Below, piece after piece: positions 1 to 12,000 of a stretch of 64,000 nt of DNA. Below the pieces are notes generated by a model. It was not told the origin of the DNA. It saw only the letters and a list, made by a program, of their open reading frames with translations, and did not search any database. This DNA comes from Bispira polyomma (lineage: Eukaryota). The DNA lies in assembly GCA_965649765.1 (NCBI GenBank), contig OZ287757.1, forward strand, positions 53,754,001-53,818,000, read 5' to 3'. The position numbers were made by a program, and so were the translations under genes. Each line of letters begins with the position of its first letter. Positions within the stretch are counted from its first letter, which is position 1.

Positions 1-65
1 GCGTCCAGTTTCTTCGTTAGCTCCTGTTCACGGTCACGCAGGTCTTGCTTGGCGCTCAACAGTTG
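1..65 (-). CDS. ENOX1: ENOX exon, partial (QLLSAKQDLRDREQELTKKLD)
   Basis: cacag acceptor at 66-70; phase 0 matches the preceding exon. Confidence 0.8.
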
Positions 66-3000
66 CTGTGACGACATGACAAATACACTTACACAAAACC
101 TGTTTACAAACAAGTTCACATCTAACTGCTTTTTACATCCAACCATTTACATCCTGTGGAGTAACTTGCTGCAGTAACTTAATCATTGATCTTTAATTAA
201 AAATTTTATCAACCCTTTTGATCCCGAGTAAAAACTGGGGGCCGCGGTGGCCTAGTGGTTAACAAGCATTGTGCTTCACAATCACTGGTTTCCACCTCTG
301 GGCGGCGTGAATTCGAATCCCGTTGATGCCTATGTAGGAAAGGTGGTAGTTCCTTACTGTGGGCCGCTGATTTCAGTACAGAACCTTGATCAACTGTATG
401 CAGTGTTTCCTCCAGCGTTTCCAACTACCCATCCCAATATAACCTAAACAGGTACTAGAGTGAACGTTAAATATCCTAATTCAAAACCCAAGTGAAAACT
501 ATTGCTGAGATCACAGACTGCTTCTGCGGCATTCAACACCAGACTCGCGTATCATTTCTTAATAAAAAAAGTCTGGTGTAATAACAATTTGATATTGCGA
601 GAAACTCTAGGAAAATAAAATCATATTTTTTGCTTTCCCACAGCCAAAGGTTGTGGAAATAATAAATACTCTCAACTGCTACCCGACGACATAGGGGTCA
701 AAAGGGTGCATTGCTATCTCTGTACAAATTGGACTGTATCTAATTTCTGTGACCCCTGTAGCCCTAACACTATACCTGTCTGAATGTATATAACACCTCT
801 CACCTTTTGAATGCCCTGTACAGTTTCCTGTCTAACTCCATACATGTCTCACTGTATATAACACCTCTCACCTTTTGCATGCCATGTACAGTTTACTGTC
901 TAACTCCATACATGTCTCACTATATATAACACCTCTCACCTTTTACTGTCTAACTCTATACATATCTCACTGTAATAACATCTCTCACCTTTTGAATGCC
1001 CTGTACAGTTTACTGTCTAACCCTATACATGTCTCACTGTATATAACACCTCCCACCCTTTGCCCTGTACAGTTTGCTGTCTAACTATATACATGTGTCA
1101 CTGTATATAACACCTCCCACCTTTTGCCCTGTACAGTTTACTGTCTAACTATATACATGTCTCACTGTATATAACACCTCCCACCTTTTGCCCTGTACAG
1201 TTTGCTGTCTAACCCTATACATGTCTCACTGTATATAACACCTCTCACCTTTTGACCTGTACAGTTTGCTGTTTAAAACCCTATACATATCTCAATGTAT
1301 ATAACACCTCTCACCTTTTGAATGCCCTGTACAGTTTACTGTCTAACCCTATACATGTCTCACTGTATATAACACCTCTCACCTTTTGCCCTGTACAGTT
1401 TGCTGTCTAACCCTATACATGTCTCACTGTATATAACACTTCCCACCTTTTTCCCTGTACAGTTTACTGTCTAACCCTATACAAGTCTCACTGTATATAA
1501 CACCTCCCACCTTTTGCCCTGTACAGTTTGCTGTCTAACCCTATACATGTCTCACTGTATATAACACCTCCCACCTTTTGCCCTGTACAGTTTGCTGTCT
1601 AACCCTATACATGTCTTACTGTATATAACACCTCCCACCTTTTGCCCTGTACCGTTTACTGTCTAACGATATACATGTCTTACTACATGACATTCTCAGT
1701 AACTTCTATCCATGTGAGGTTAAAATATTTGGGATGACACACAATTCCGCTGAGCATGCGTATCAATATGCCAAAGCTATACAGGCTGGAAAGGATAAAG
1801 TTGCAGAACTGATTCTTCAAGCCAGGTCAGCTTTTCAGGCGAAAGTTGAGGCCAGCTGTCTCCCATACAATCCAAATTGGTTAGAAAGGAAAGAAAAGGT
1901 GATGGAGAAAGTTATTCGTGCCAAAGCGAAATGCTGTCAGGACTTTTGTGATGTACTGATTGAAACAGATGGTGTTTTTGCTGAAGCTGTACCTGGTAAA
2001 CTCTTCTGGTCAACTGGTCTAAACAAAACGGATATTCTCACTGTGAAAAAAAGCTCTTGGCCAGGAAAAAATAAGCTGGGTAAGCTTCTCACAACCATAA
2101 AGGAAAGCATTGCAGATCGTAACAGTGATGAATAATGTTTCAGTATTGACTTATAACTGTCGAGGACTAAATGACAATGAAAAAAGGTGTAAACTATTTT
2201 TATGGTTAGTAAATCAAAACTTTGACTTAATATTTTTACAAGAAACATTTTGTACTAAACAAAGTGAAGCATACATTAAAGCAGGGTGGAAAGGTAATGT
2301 TGTCTTAGCTCCAACTGACTCTACTCACAGTAGGGGAGTTGGACTTCTAATCAAAAAATATTAGTAGTTATACAGATAAAGATGGTAGAATTCTTCTGAT
2401 AAACATTGAAATTGATGACAACATTCTTAGTGTTGTTTCAGTGTATGCTCCAAATCATGAAAATGATAGAGTTTTATTTTTTGACAAACTAAAACAGTGG
2501 ATACTGCAATATGCAGAAACTTTAGAAAATTTGATTATTGCTGGGGACTTTAATTGCTCTTTAAAACAATCAGATAGATTTCCACCTTCATGTAAAAATG
2601 ATAAAAGTGTGGAAAGTTAGAAAAAATTACTCACACACTGTGACTTAAATGATATTTGGTCCTTTTATAGGCCTAACGTACCAGGGTATACTTACTATAA
2701 TAAGAAATTAAAATGTTACAGCAGACTAGATTATATTTTAGTTAGTAGTAACACACAGTATGATGTTAAAAATATGGCAATTACAGGGCCAGTTAAAAAT
2801 CATGGGGTCATAGACCACTCTGGCCTTTTATTCAAGATAAATGCATCAAAAAGGGGTCCAGGGTACTGGAAGTTAAATAACAGTGTATTATTTGATAAGG
2901 AATATGTTCAATTAATAAACACTGTTATTAGTGACACTATGGTTGAGTATAATAACTTAAACTCTTGTCAATTAATATGGGAAATGGTTAAAGCAAATGT

Positions 3001-6000
3001 AAGAGAATTTTCTATAAAATACTGTAAAAAAAAGTCAAGATAAAGTCAGACATGCTAGATGAAATTCAACACAAAATAGATGATATTAATATATGCATCA
3101 CAAAACTGGAAACTAAAACATCTCTAAACCCAAAAGAATTAGAACAATTGCTGGATTATAAGTTACGCAAGGGACAACTAGAAAGTAACCAGATAAATCT
3201 GTATAATGAGAAAGCCAAGGGATATTCAATTTGTGCAAAAACTAAGTGGATTAAAGAAGGGGATATTCCATCAAAATATTTTTTGGGATTAGAAAAACAG
3301 CAACAATCCAATAATGTTATAAGAAAAATTCCAAGTACTGATAAGGTGTATACAAATAATAGAGATGTACTGAAAGAAATGGTAAAATTTTACGATAATT
3401 TATATGCGGAATCAAACATATCTCAGGAGTCAGTAAAAGAATATATTAATGCATCTACCCCTCCGAAAACTCTTGATGACAATGATAGAAACTTTTGTGA
3501 CAAGTCTTTAACAATAGAAAAAGTAAGACAAACTGGTAAGAGTTTAAAAAGAAACAAATCACCCGGAACTGATGGTTTAACATATGAATTTTACCAAATG
3601 TTTGGGACAAAATTAGAACCAATATATATTAAAATGTTAGAAAAAGTTTTCACAAAGGAATTTTACCTGACAGTATAAAAAAAGCTATTTTAAGCTTGAT
3701 TTTTAAAAAAGGTGACAGATGTCTACTTAAAAATTATCGACCAATTAGTTTAACAAATTGTGATTATAAAATTGTGACATTTGTCCTAGCTAAGCGTCTT
3801 CAAAAAGTTATTTCAAAACTATATATCACATGTCCAAAGTGGATATATAAAGAACAGATATATTGGATTTAACGCAAGATTAATTAATGATGTCATAGAA
3901 TATTGTGAGACCTTGGAAAAACCAGGAGCAACAATTTGCTTAGACTTTGAGAAAGCTTTTGACAAACTTAACTGGTATTTCATGTTTTGTTGTCTGGAAA
4001 AATTTGGATTTGGCAAAAATTTCATCAGTTGAATTAAAATTTTGTATAATCAACCATCTTTTTGTGTAAAAAATAATGGCTGGATTTCTATGGAAACACT
4101 TATGAGGAGAGGTGTAAGACAAGGCTGCGCAGTATCAGCATTACTATTTACTTTAGCTATAGAATTCTTGTCAATTGAAATTAGACAAAGTGATATAATA
4201 AGAGGAATTCGAATATTTGATAAAAGATCATGTTTGATTCAATATGCAGATGATATAACTTTAACATTAGAAGATGAAAACTCAATAATAAATGCACTAA
4301 AATTGTTAAAATTATTTTCTGCAGTGTCGGGTTTAAACACTAAATCTTAATAAGTGTGCAGAATTATGGCTTGTAACGATAAAAAACAACCCAGATGTCT
4401 TTGGAAAAATCAAATTTAGTAGAGGTCCCATAAAATGTCTAGGAGTATATATAGGAATTGATTAAGATTCATGTGAGAAAGCAAACTGGGATAAAAAAGT
4501 AAATCAAGTTGAAAAGTTATTATTAAACTAGAGTAAAAGAAAATTAACACTATATGGCAAATCCACTATTATAAATAACATTATTATTCCAAAATTGGTA
4601 TACAATTTGACAATACTGTATACACCAACTTATATAATTAAACAATTGGAGAATTTAATGTTTAATGTTTTCCTGTGGGGAAAACATCAAAAAGTCAAAA
4701 AGTATATAGTTATTGCAGAACATGAAAATGGAGGTTCAAATGTAACTGATATTCAATCCAAAATAAGAGCTCTGAAGATATTATGGATCCCAAAATTGTT
4801 AAACAATCCAAAAAGTAAAGTATTTAGGATTTTACAAATGTATCTTATATCAATTGGGATAGACATTAATATACTATTACAAATGAATTTCCGCAAAATT
4901 GCTGCTTTTGAAACTATTACAAAAATTCCAAAATTTTATCAAGAAATTTTTATTTCATTCAATAATTGTAAATTAATAAAACCAATAAATAATTTAAATA
5001 ACACTGAAATATTTTGTCAACCGATTTGGGGAAACGAATACTTTAAAGTTAAAAATAAACATCTGTACTACAAGAACTGGGTAGAAAGTGGTTTTATATA
5101 TGTTAAAGACCTTTTCGACCAAAGCGGTGCTCTTTTAAATGAGACACAAGTTCTGAGAAAATTAGAAGATAAATCAAACTGGATAGCAGAATTTTTTACA
5201 CTTAAAAATATCTTTGTAAAATTAGTATGTAAAAAGTATGACACTTTAAAATGCAAATATATTCAAAACAAAGTGTGTAAAAATGTTAGCTTCTGGGCTA
5301 ATGGTAAATTTAATCACCCAGATTCTTTAAAATCAAATGAAATATATAAAATATTGATAAAAAAGAAATATGAAAAACCCTATATAGAAAATATGTGGAA
5401 GAGAAAGTTAGAAATTGAAATAGACAGAAATAGATGGAAAAAAAATATACCTCATGAATTTTAAATCATTTAAATATAAAAAGTTTTCAGAATTTAAATT
5501 CAAAATACTTTACAACATATTAAGTTGTGGTGATAATTTGTGTAAGTGGAACCGAAATTTTACAGGCTTGTGTGCATATTGTAATCAATCCGAAAATATC
5601 TGCCAAGAGTAAAGCAGATCTGGTCGATTATTAGTAATTGTTTAAAAATTAAACGTATTGTTAAAGCACATAATTTTAGGAGTATCTGATGATAACTATG
5701 TAAATGAGAATAAGCTCTTTGTATAGTGCTAATAAGCTATGCCATTTATAGCACTTGGTGTAAATGTAACTTGAACAATATAGATTATAAGTTAGTATGT
5801 ATAAAAGATCATATAAAACAACAACTATTATTCTATGGTGAAGTATATCAAACTATACTAGCACATAACCCTACTAGAAGATCACATATGAAATGTATCA
5901 CAGAATGTATTGTATACCACCTGCATTAGTATGATTTTGTTGTCAATTGTAAAAAGAACTTGAGAAATGTTAGGGTGGACATAGTTTATATCAAGTAGTG

Positions 6001-9000
6001 CTGTAATATAAATCTTGTAACTTAAAGTTTTCAGGTAACATTAGTCTTTGTAATGGTTGAAAGTATTGTTTATATTACTCATACTGTGTATGAAACTGTT
6101 GTTACAAACCTGATGGAACGTTGCCACTCTCGCCTTCCCAGGTTTCGCCTATTATTGTTTGTGAAAAAAGAGTGAATAAAAAAAAAAAAAAAATAAATAA
6201 ATAAAAATGTCTTACTGCATATAACACCTCCACCTCATTTTTGAAGGCCTCAATTTCAAGTCTACCCCTGTGCATGTCTCGCTGTTTTTAACATCCCTCA
6301 CCTTTTGCCCTGTACCGTTCACTGTCTAACTCTATACAAGTCTCACTGTATATACCACCTCTCACCTTTTGCATGCCCTGTAGAGTTTGCTGTAGTAGCT
6401 TGACCTGCTTCCCTGCATCGTCTCCTGACGCCACAACCACCTGTTCTCTGGCCTCAGATTTCAGTAACTCCACCTCATTTTTGAAGGCCTCAATTTGGAA
6501 CTTAAGGCTGTTGTTTTCGTCCTTTAATTTCCGCCATTCCACGGCATCTACAGGCAAAGGATAAGGATACACATTACAAGATCAGGCGCTGTATTCACAA
6601 AGATTCTTAATTACACTTATTCCTAGAATCCACAAACATAAGATTCTAAGCACTTCAAATTGTTTAAGTGACTACGCTCCCTTTCTTTTGGAATTCATTA
6701 TCTCTACATGTGATATTTAGATCCAGTCCCTCGTTCATAAAGCACCCTAAAAAGTCACCTATATATGTACCAGCCTACCCTACATAAAACTTTCCTCGTA
6801 CAAGGTCACATCTCGGGGGGAATACTGACCCTTTTATGTTCCTCAATTTTGGATTTTTGCCCGACAACTTTTTTGAAGAAATCTAGGCCTCGCTAACCAG
6901 CTGCGGCGAAATATGATCAGAATGAAAATGTACACTACTACAAGACTAGCCTTTTTAGATCTAACTGCACCAGAGCCAATAAGCGAAACCCTTTAGAGAG
7001 ATTTGAGAACAAGTGTGTCCTTGGAGATCAGTATAAATTGTGTCCCTACCTGCGTGTTCAGTATAAAGTGTGTCCCTACCTGAGAGTTCAGTATAAAGTG
7101 TGTCCCTACCTACGTATTCAGTATAATGTGTGTCCCTATCTGCGTGTTCAGTATAAAGTGTGTCCCTACCTGAAAGTTCAGTATAAAGTGTGTCCATCCC
7201 TGAGAGTTCAGTATAAAGTGTGTCCCTACCTTGGAGATTAGTATAAGCTGTGTCCCTACCTGAGAGTTCAGTATAAAGTGTGTCTCTACCTGCGTGTTTA
7301 GTATAAAGTGTGTCCCTACCTGAGAGTTTAGTATAAAGTGTGTCCCTACCTTGGAGTTCAGTATAAAGTGTGTCCCTATCTGCATGTTTATTATAAAGTG
7401 TGTCCCTACCTACGTGTTCATTATAAAGTGTGTCCCTACCTGCGTGTTTAGTATAAAGTGTGTCCCTACCTGAGAGTTCAGTATAAAGTGTGTCCCTACC
7501 TGCGTGTTCAGTATAAAGTGTGTCCCTACCTACGTATTCATTATAAAGTGTGTCCCTACCTGCGTGTTTAGTATAAAGTGTGTCCCTACCTGAGAGTTCA
7601 GTATAAAGTGTGTCCCTACCTACGTATTCAGTATAATGTGTGTCCCTATCTGCGTGTTCAGTATAAAGTGTGTCCCTACCTGAAAGTTCAGTATAAAGTG
7701 TGTCCATCCCTGAGAGTTCAGTATAAAGTGTGTCCCTACCTTGGAGATTAGTATAAACTGTGTCCCTACCTGAGAGTTCAGTATAAAGTGTGTCTCTACC
7801 TGCGTGTTTAGTATAAAGTGTGTCCCTACCTGAGAGTTTAGTATAAAGTGTGTCCCTACCTTGGAGTTCAGTATAAAGTGTGTCCCTATCTGCATGTTCA
7901 TTATAAAGTGTGTCCCTACCTACGTGTTCATTATAAAGTGTGTCCCTACCTGCGTGTTTAGTATAAAGTGTGTCCCTACCTGAGAGTTCAGTATAAAGTG
8001 TGTCCCTACCTGCGTGTTCAGTATAAAGTGTGTCCCTACCTGCGTGTTAATTATAAAGTGTGTCCCTACCTGCGTGTTTAGTATAAAGTGTGTCCCTACC
8101 TGAGAGTTTAGTATAAAGTGTGTCCCTATCTGAGAGATCAGTATAAAGTGTGTCCCTACCTTGGAGATCAGTATAAAGTGTGTCCCTACCTTGGAGATCA
8201 GTATAAAGCATGTCCCTATCTTGGAGATCAGTATAAAGTATGTTCCTACCTGCGTGTTCAGTATAAAATGTGTCCCTACCTGAGACTTCAGTCCCTACCT
8301 GAGACTTCAGTGCCCCTCTTCTTCTTCTGTACAGGCTCTCCCTCCTCGTCACTCATCTCCATCTCATCTTCCTTACGCTCCTTCAGGAACTCCTGCTCCT
8401 CCTTCTGTCTGATCTCCTACAAACAACACACAAAACATTGAAACACATTGATACACTAAACACCCCCAGAATGTGATGCACCTCAGTATTACACTGAACA
8501 CCCCCACTAAATGGTGTACCCCAGTATTACACTAAACACCCCACTATATGGTGCACCCCACTATTACACTAAACACCCCAAAATATACTGCACCTCAGTA
8601 TTACACTGAACACCCCCAGTATATAGTGCACCCCAGTATTACACTAAACACTCCAAAATATAGTGCACCCCAGTATTACACTAAACACCCCACTATATGG
8701 TGCACCCCAATATTACACTGAACACCCCAAAATATAGTGCACCTCAGTATTACACTGAACACCCCAGTATATGGTGCACCCACTATTACACTTAACACCC
8801 CAGTATATGGTGCACCCCACTATTAAACTGAACACCCCAGTATATGGAGCACCTCAGTATTACACTGAACACCCCTCAGTATTACACTGAACACCCCCAG
8901 TATTATATTAACCCAGTATCCATAGACAGATGTCACACGTATCTCCCTATTCATATGGCGTAATAACTAGAGATTGCGCCATAACTGAATTCCCTGACAG

Positions 9001-12000
9001 ACATTACCTTTCACTTAACATCCCATTTAATAGAGTTCAGAAACTAGAAAATTGGGCCAACAAGAAAGAAGCTAGTGTCTTCCAAGACATACGTTACACC
9101 ATAAACCCCGTTATATAGTCTAATACCTACAAATTGCGCCCCCCACAAGATACACATCCATCCCAAGGCAGATTAGTCAAGATTCAAGAAAGAACCCACC
9201 CACCGTGTTCCATTGAGATGCTTACAAATTTATACCACACACACACACAGTATGAGTAAAATGTAGATTACTTGATGTAAATCAACTATTTGGACAGAAT
9301 AGTTGAACCCTCTTTTAAGCTAAAACCGCTACTTAAGCAGAATTTCCACTTGACATCATGATGGTTGATTTTTATTTCTGCCGTTATCTATCGACTACCT
9401 TTGAAAACAACTCTTTATTATATCCAGCTTGTATTGACTGCTATATATATATAAATCCAAATATACATATTTCTTCTACCTGTACTGCGTGAATGGTTTT
9501 TCCCTTGGTAGACATCTAGAAGGAAGGCCTTGCCGTTACTTAGAAGTCTCTTCACTATGCGTGAAAAGACCCCTGCTTTGTGGCGAGTCAGTGTCAGTGT
9601 GTGTCCATATACCTCCTTTTTTTTGTAGTTTTTTTTCCTGCCTTTTGGTATTGGGTTTTGTTTCCTGCCTCAGTACATATACTTACCCACTCCTAACAAG
9701 TGATGTCTTATCAAGGCAAAATTATACATACAGAAGTGGAAATTCACACAGGACAATCGAACGTTTGATATTAATATTATCTATTATTTTTATGTCAGAC
9801 TTTTTGGGCGCTTATTTTTTGTTGTAAAAAATTGTACGGCACAAAGAACACATCGCAGAGCCAAAAATCATCAATGATATATCCGAGGAGATATAATCAA
9901 ACTCACAGGTTTCCTCGGATATTGGACCTATTTTTATTCTTGACTTTTAATTTCGGAAAATTACAGATGAAAAGTAACATGTCAAAATAACGGCATGTTT
10001 TTATTGCAGTAGTATTCAATTTTGGCTATTTTTAAAATTCCGAACTTTTTTTTTACAATTTCAAGATTTTTCATGCGAATTTTCTTTTTCTAGGTTTTCC
10101 ATGAACTGTCGGAACCCTGGCCAAGATATAACGGCATACAGACTGACGGCCAAGCAAGGATCGTGAAAAGCCATTTCTACTCAACAGGCAAATAACCACT
10201 TCTGTTCGGGCATTTTTTTACCATACACAATATGACAGAGTCACTTTATATTTATAAATGAATGTTAAGAAGGAAAATAAATTGCCAAAATGAAATGTAA
10301 CTTACTCAGTATGTAAATTTTTTTCTCTCCAAAAAAAAAATCTAAAGTTTATTGGGCAAATTTTATATAATATTTTCCACTATCAAAGAAAGCAGCCAAT
10401 TCAGAATATGCTGTTACATACATATTAATATCACTACCACAGTAAGAAATCTAAAATTCGCCACTGTATCTAATATTTGCCACCTACAAAATGTTGTGTT
10501 TCTAGTAGAATTGCGGGTAATTTATTTGCTGAAATGGAGATTATTTTCACTATTTTGCCCCCTACTTATCCCCTAATTTCCACTTCTTTTTCCATCCAAC
10601 TTTTTTTTATTGATTTCGCTGACATTTTAGAGGACAGCTAATTTCAGATTTTGAGTATTTTAGATTCCTTACTCTACTATTTCAAAGTGCAATTACTAAA
10701 AAGAGTCGCAATGTTTCCCTGACTTACCACGGATATCTTACGCCACGAGTCTAGGTTCTTACGCTGAGCTTTGGTGAAATGATCCCAGGCTTTTTGTTTA
10801 GTCGCCGCCACAAATACTTTGTTGATCTGCTCCACTTCAAAGGGAACACAAGATCGGGGTGGTTACTATGGCGACTAGACTGTGATTGGTTGGGGTTGGT
10901 TTCTTCGTAGATACCAGAGATACCATACCATACTAGTTACTACTATACTTATGTACATTTGTTTTTTTCATCTGAAAAAGGTTGGAATTGCTTCTCTTCT
11001 TGTGGTAGGTGGTTTGGGCATCAAAGTATACTTTTCTCTAGAATGTGATAAACTCGAGGTCACTTTATTTAACCACCATTTTTAATTATCACCACCTTTT
11101 TCATTCATCGGCACAGTTATGGTACACACAGATTTTGTGAATGTTAAAAGCGTTTCATAATGGGTCGTAGTTATGGGGCAGATGAACCAAAATCTGATTT
11201 CAACGAGGAGATTTATTAGCATGTGCCATTTTACACAGTTATCTGTCCTGCAATTTGATTGGTTGAAGGCTATTAAGTATCCTTTATGTTGCTGTTTTTA
11301 TGGTATGAAATAGTGAACCAAAAGACAAACACAATGTCCTTTCACTAACTGCTTTGAACTTTTCGTTTTGGTCGCAACTCTAGCAAAAGATCATGTTTTT
11401 GTGGGTTTTTTTTAAGTGGTCGTTGAAGAGGTCTTGAAACTTGCAACAAATTTTAGTACCCAAATATGAACCTCCTGTGACAAGTAGTTTACAGACTAAT
11501 ATATTCCACAACACTTTAGGTTCAAGATTCCATGGTCAAAGTTCAAGGCAAGGGTCAGACCATGAGTCCATGACACTGCACGTAAAACAGTCTGTACTGC
11601 CCCTATGTAAGCAAAACTGGTACCATAACTGCAACAACAAATGTGCCCCATATTTGCCCAAAGAAGTAACTACTGCTGTCGAGTTTATCACATTTGCAAC
11701 AAATGGCAGTTTCAATTATAGATATATATACATTAGTCTTTCGATAGGAATTTGCTCTATTTAAAATGGCATTCAAAAAGAATATACCACAGCTAAATTT
11801 GGCTTTGTTCCAATACTTCTAGCCTAAATGTCTGGCGATGCATACAGCATTAACAGAAATGTGTTTGTTTTAATAATATGCTTATGGATGCCAAAAGATT
11901 GATACCAATATTGTTATATATGTTTACTAGTATTTACGTTTATATAACCGGTTCTTGATTTTTCGTTTCAGCTACTTTAAAATACACAGTGAAATGGAAA

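Larger units (their letters stand above)
1685..6206 (+). mobile_element. L1/Tx1-like non-LTR retrotransposon, 5'-truncated and degenerate
   Basis: 10-bp TSD atgtcttact (1675-1684 and 6207-6216); aataaa plus poly(A) tail at about 6175-6206; ORF1 3' remnant then ORF2 with APE and RT; inserted antisense in an ENOX intron. Confidence 0.93.

Noticed and set aside
237-330. tRNA gene (also the heads at 15737, 50110, 54705 and 60541)
   Set aside because: A and B boxes continue into a shared ~170-bp body with tail and TSDs, so these are SINE heads. The short ORFs on them are spurious.
7011-8311. CRISPR-like appearance of regular ~30-bp repeats (also 18265-19578 and 49744-50765)
   Set aside because: Head-to-tail units without unique spacers, no cas genes, and a eukaryotic intron context.
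6961-8441. Repetitive ORFs (248-aa GRDTLYTE repeats and overlapping frames)
   Set aside because: By-product of a 30-nt unit. The true exon frame hits TGA three codons into the intron.
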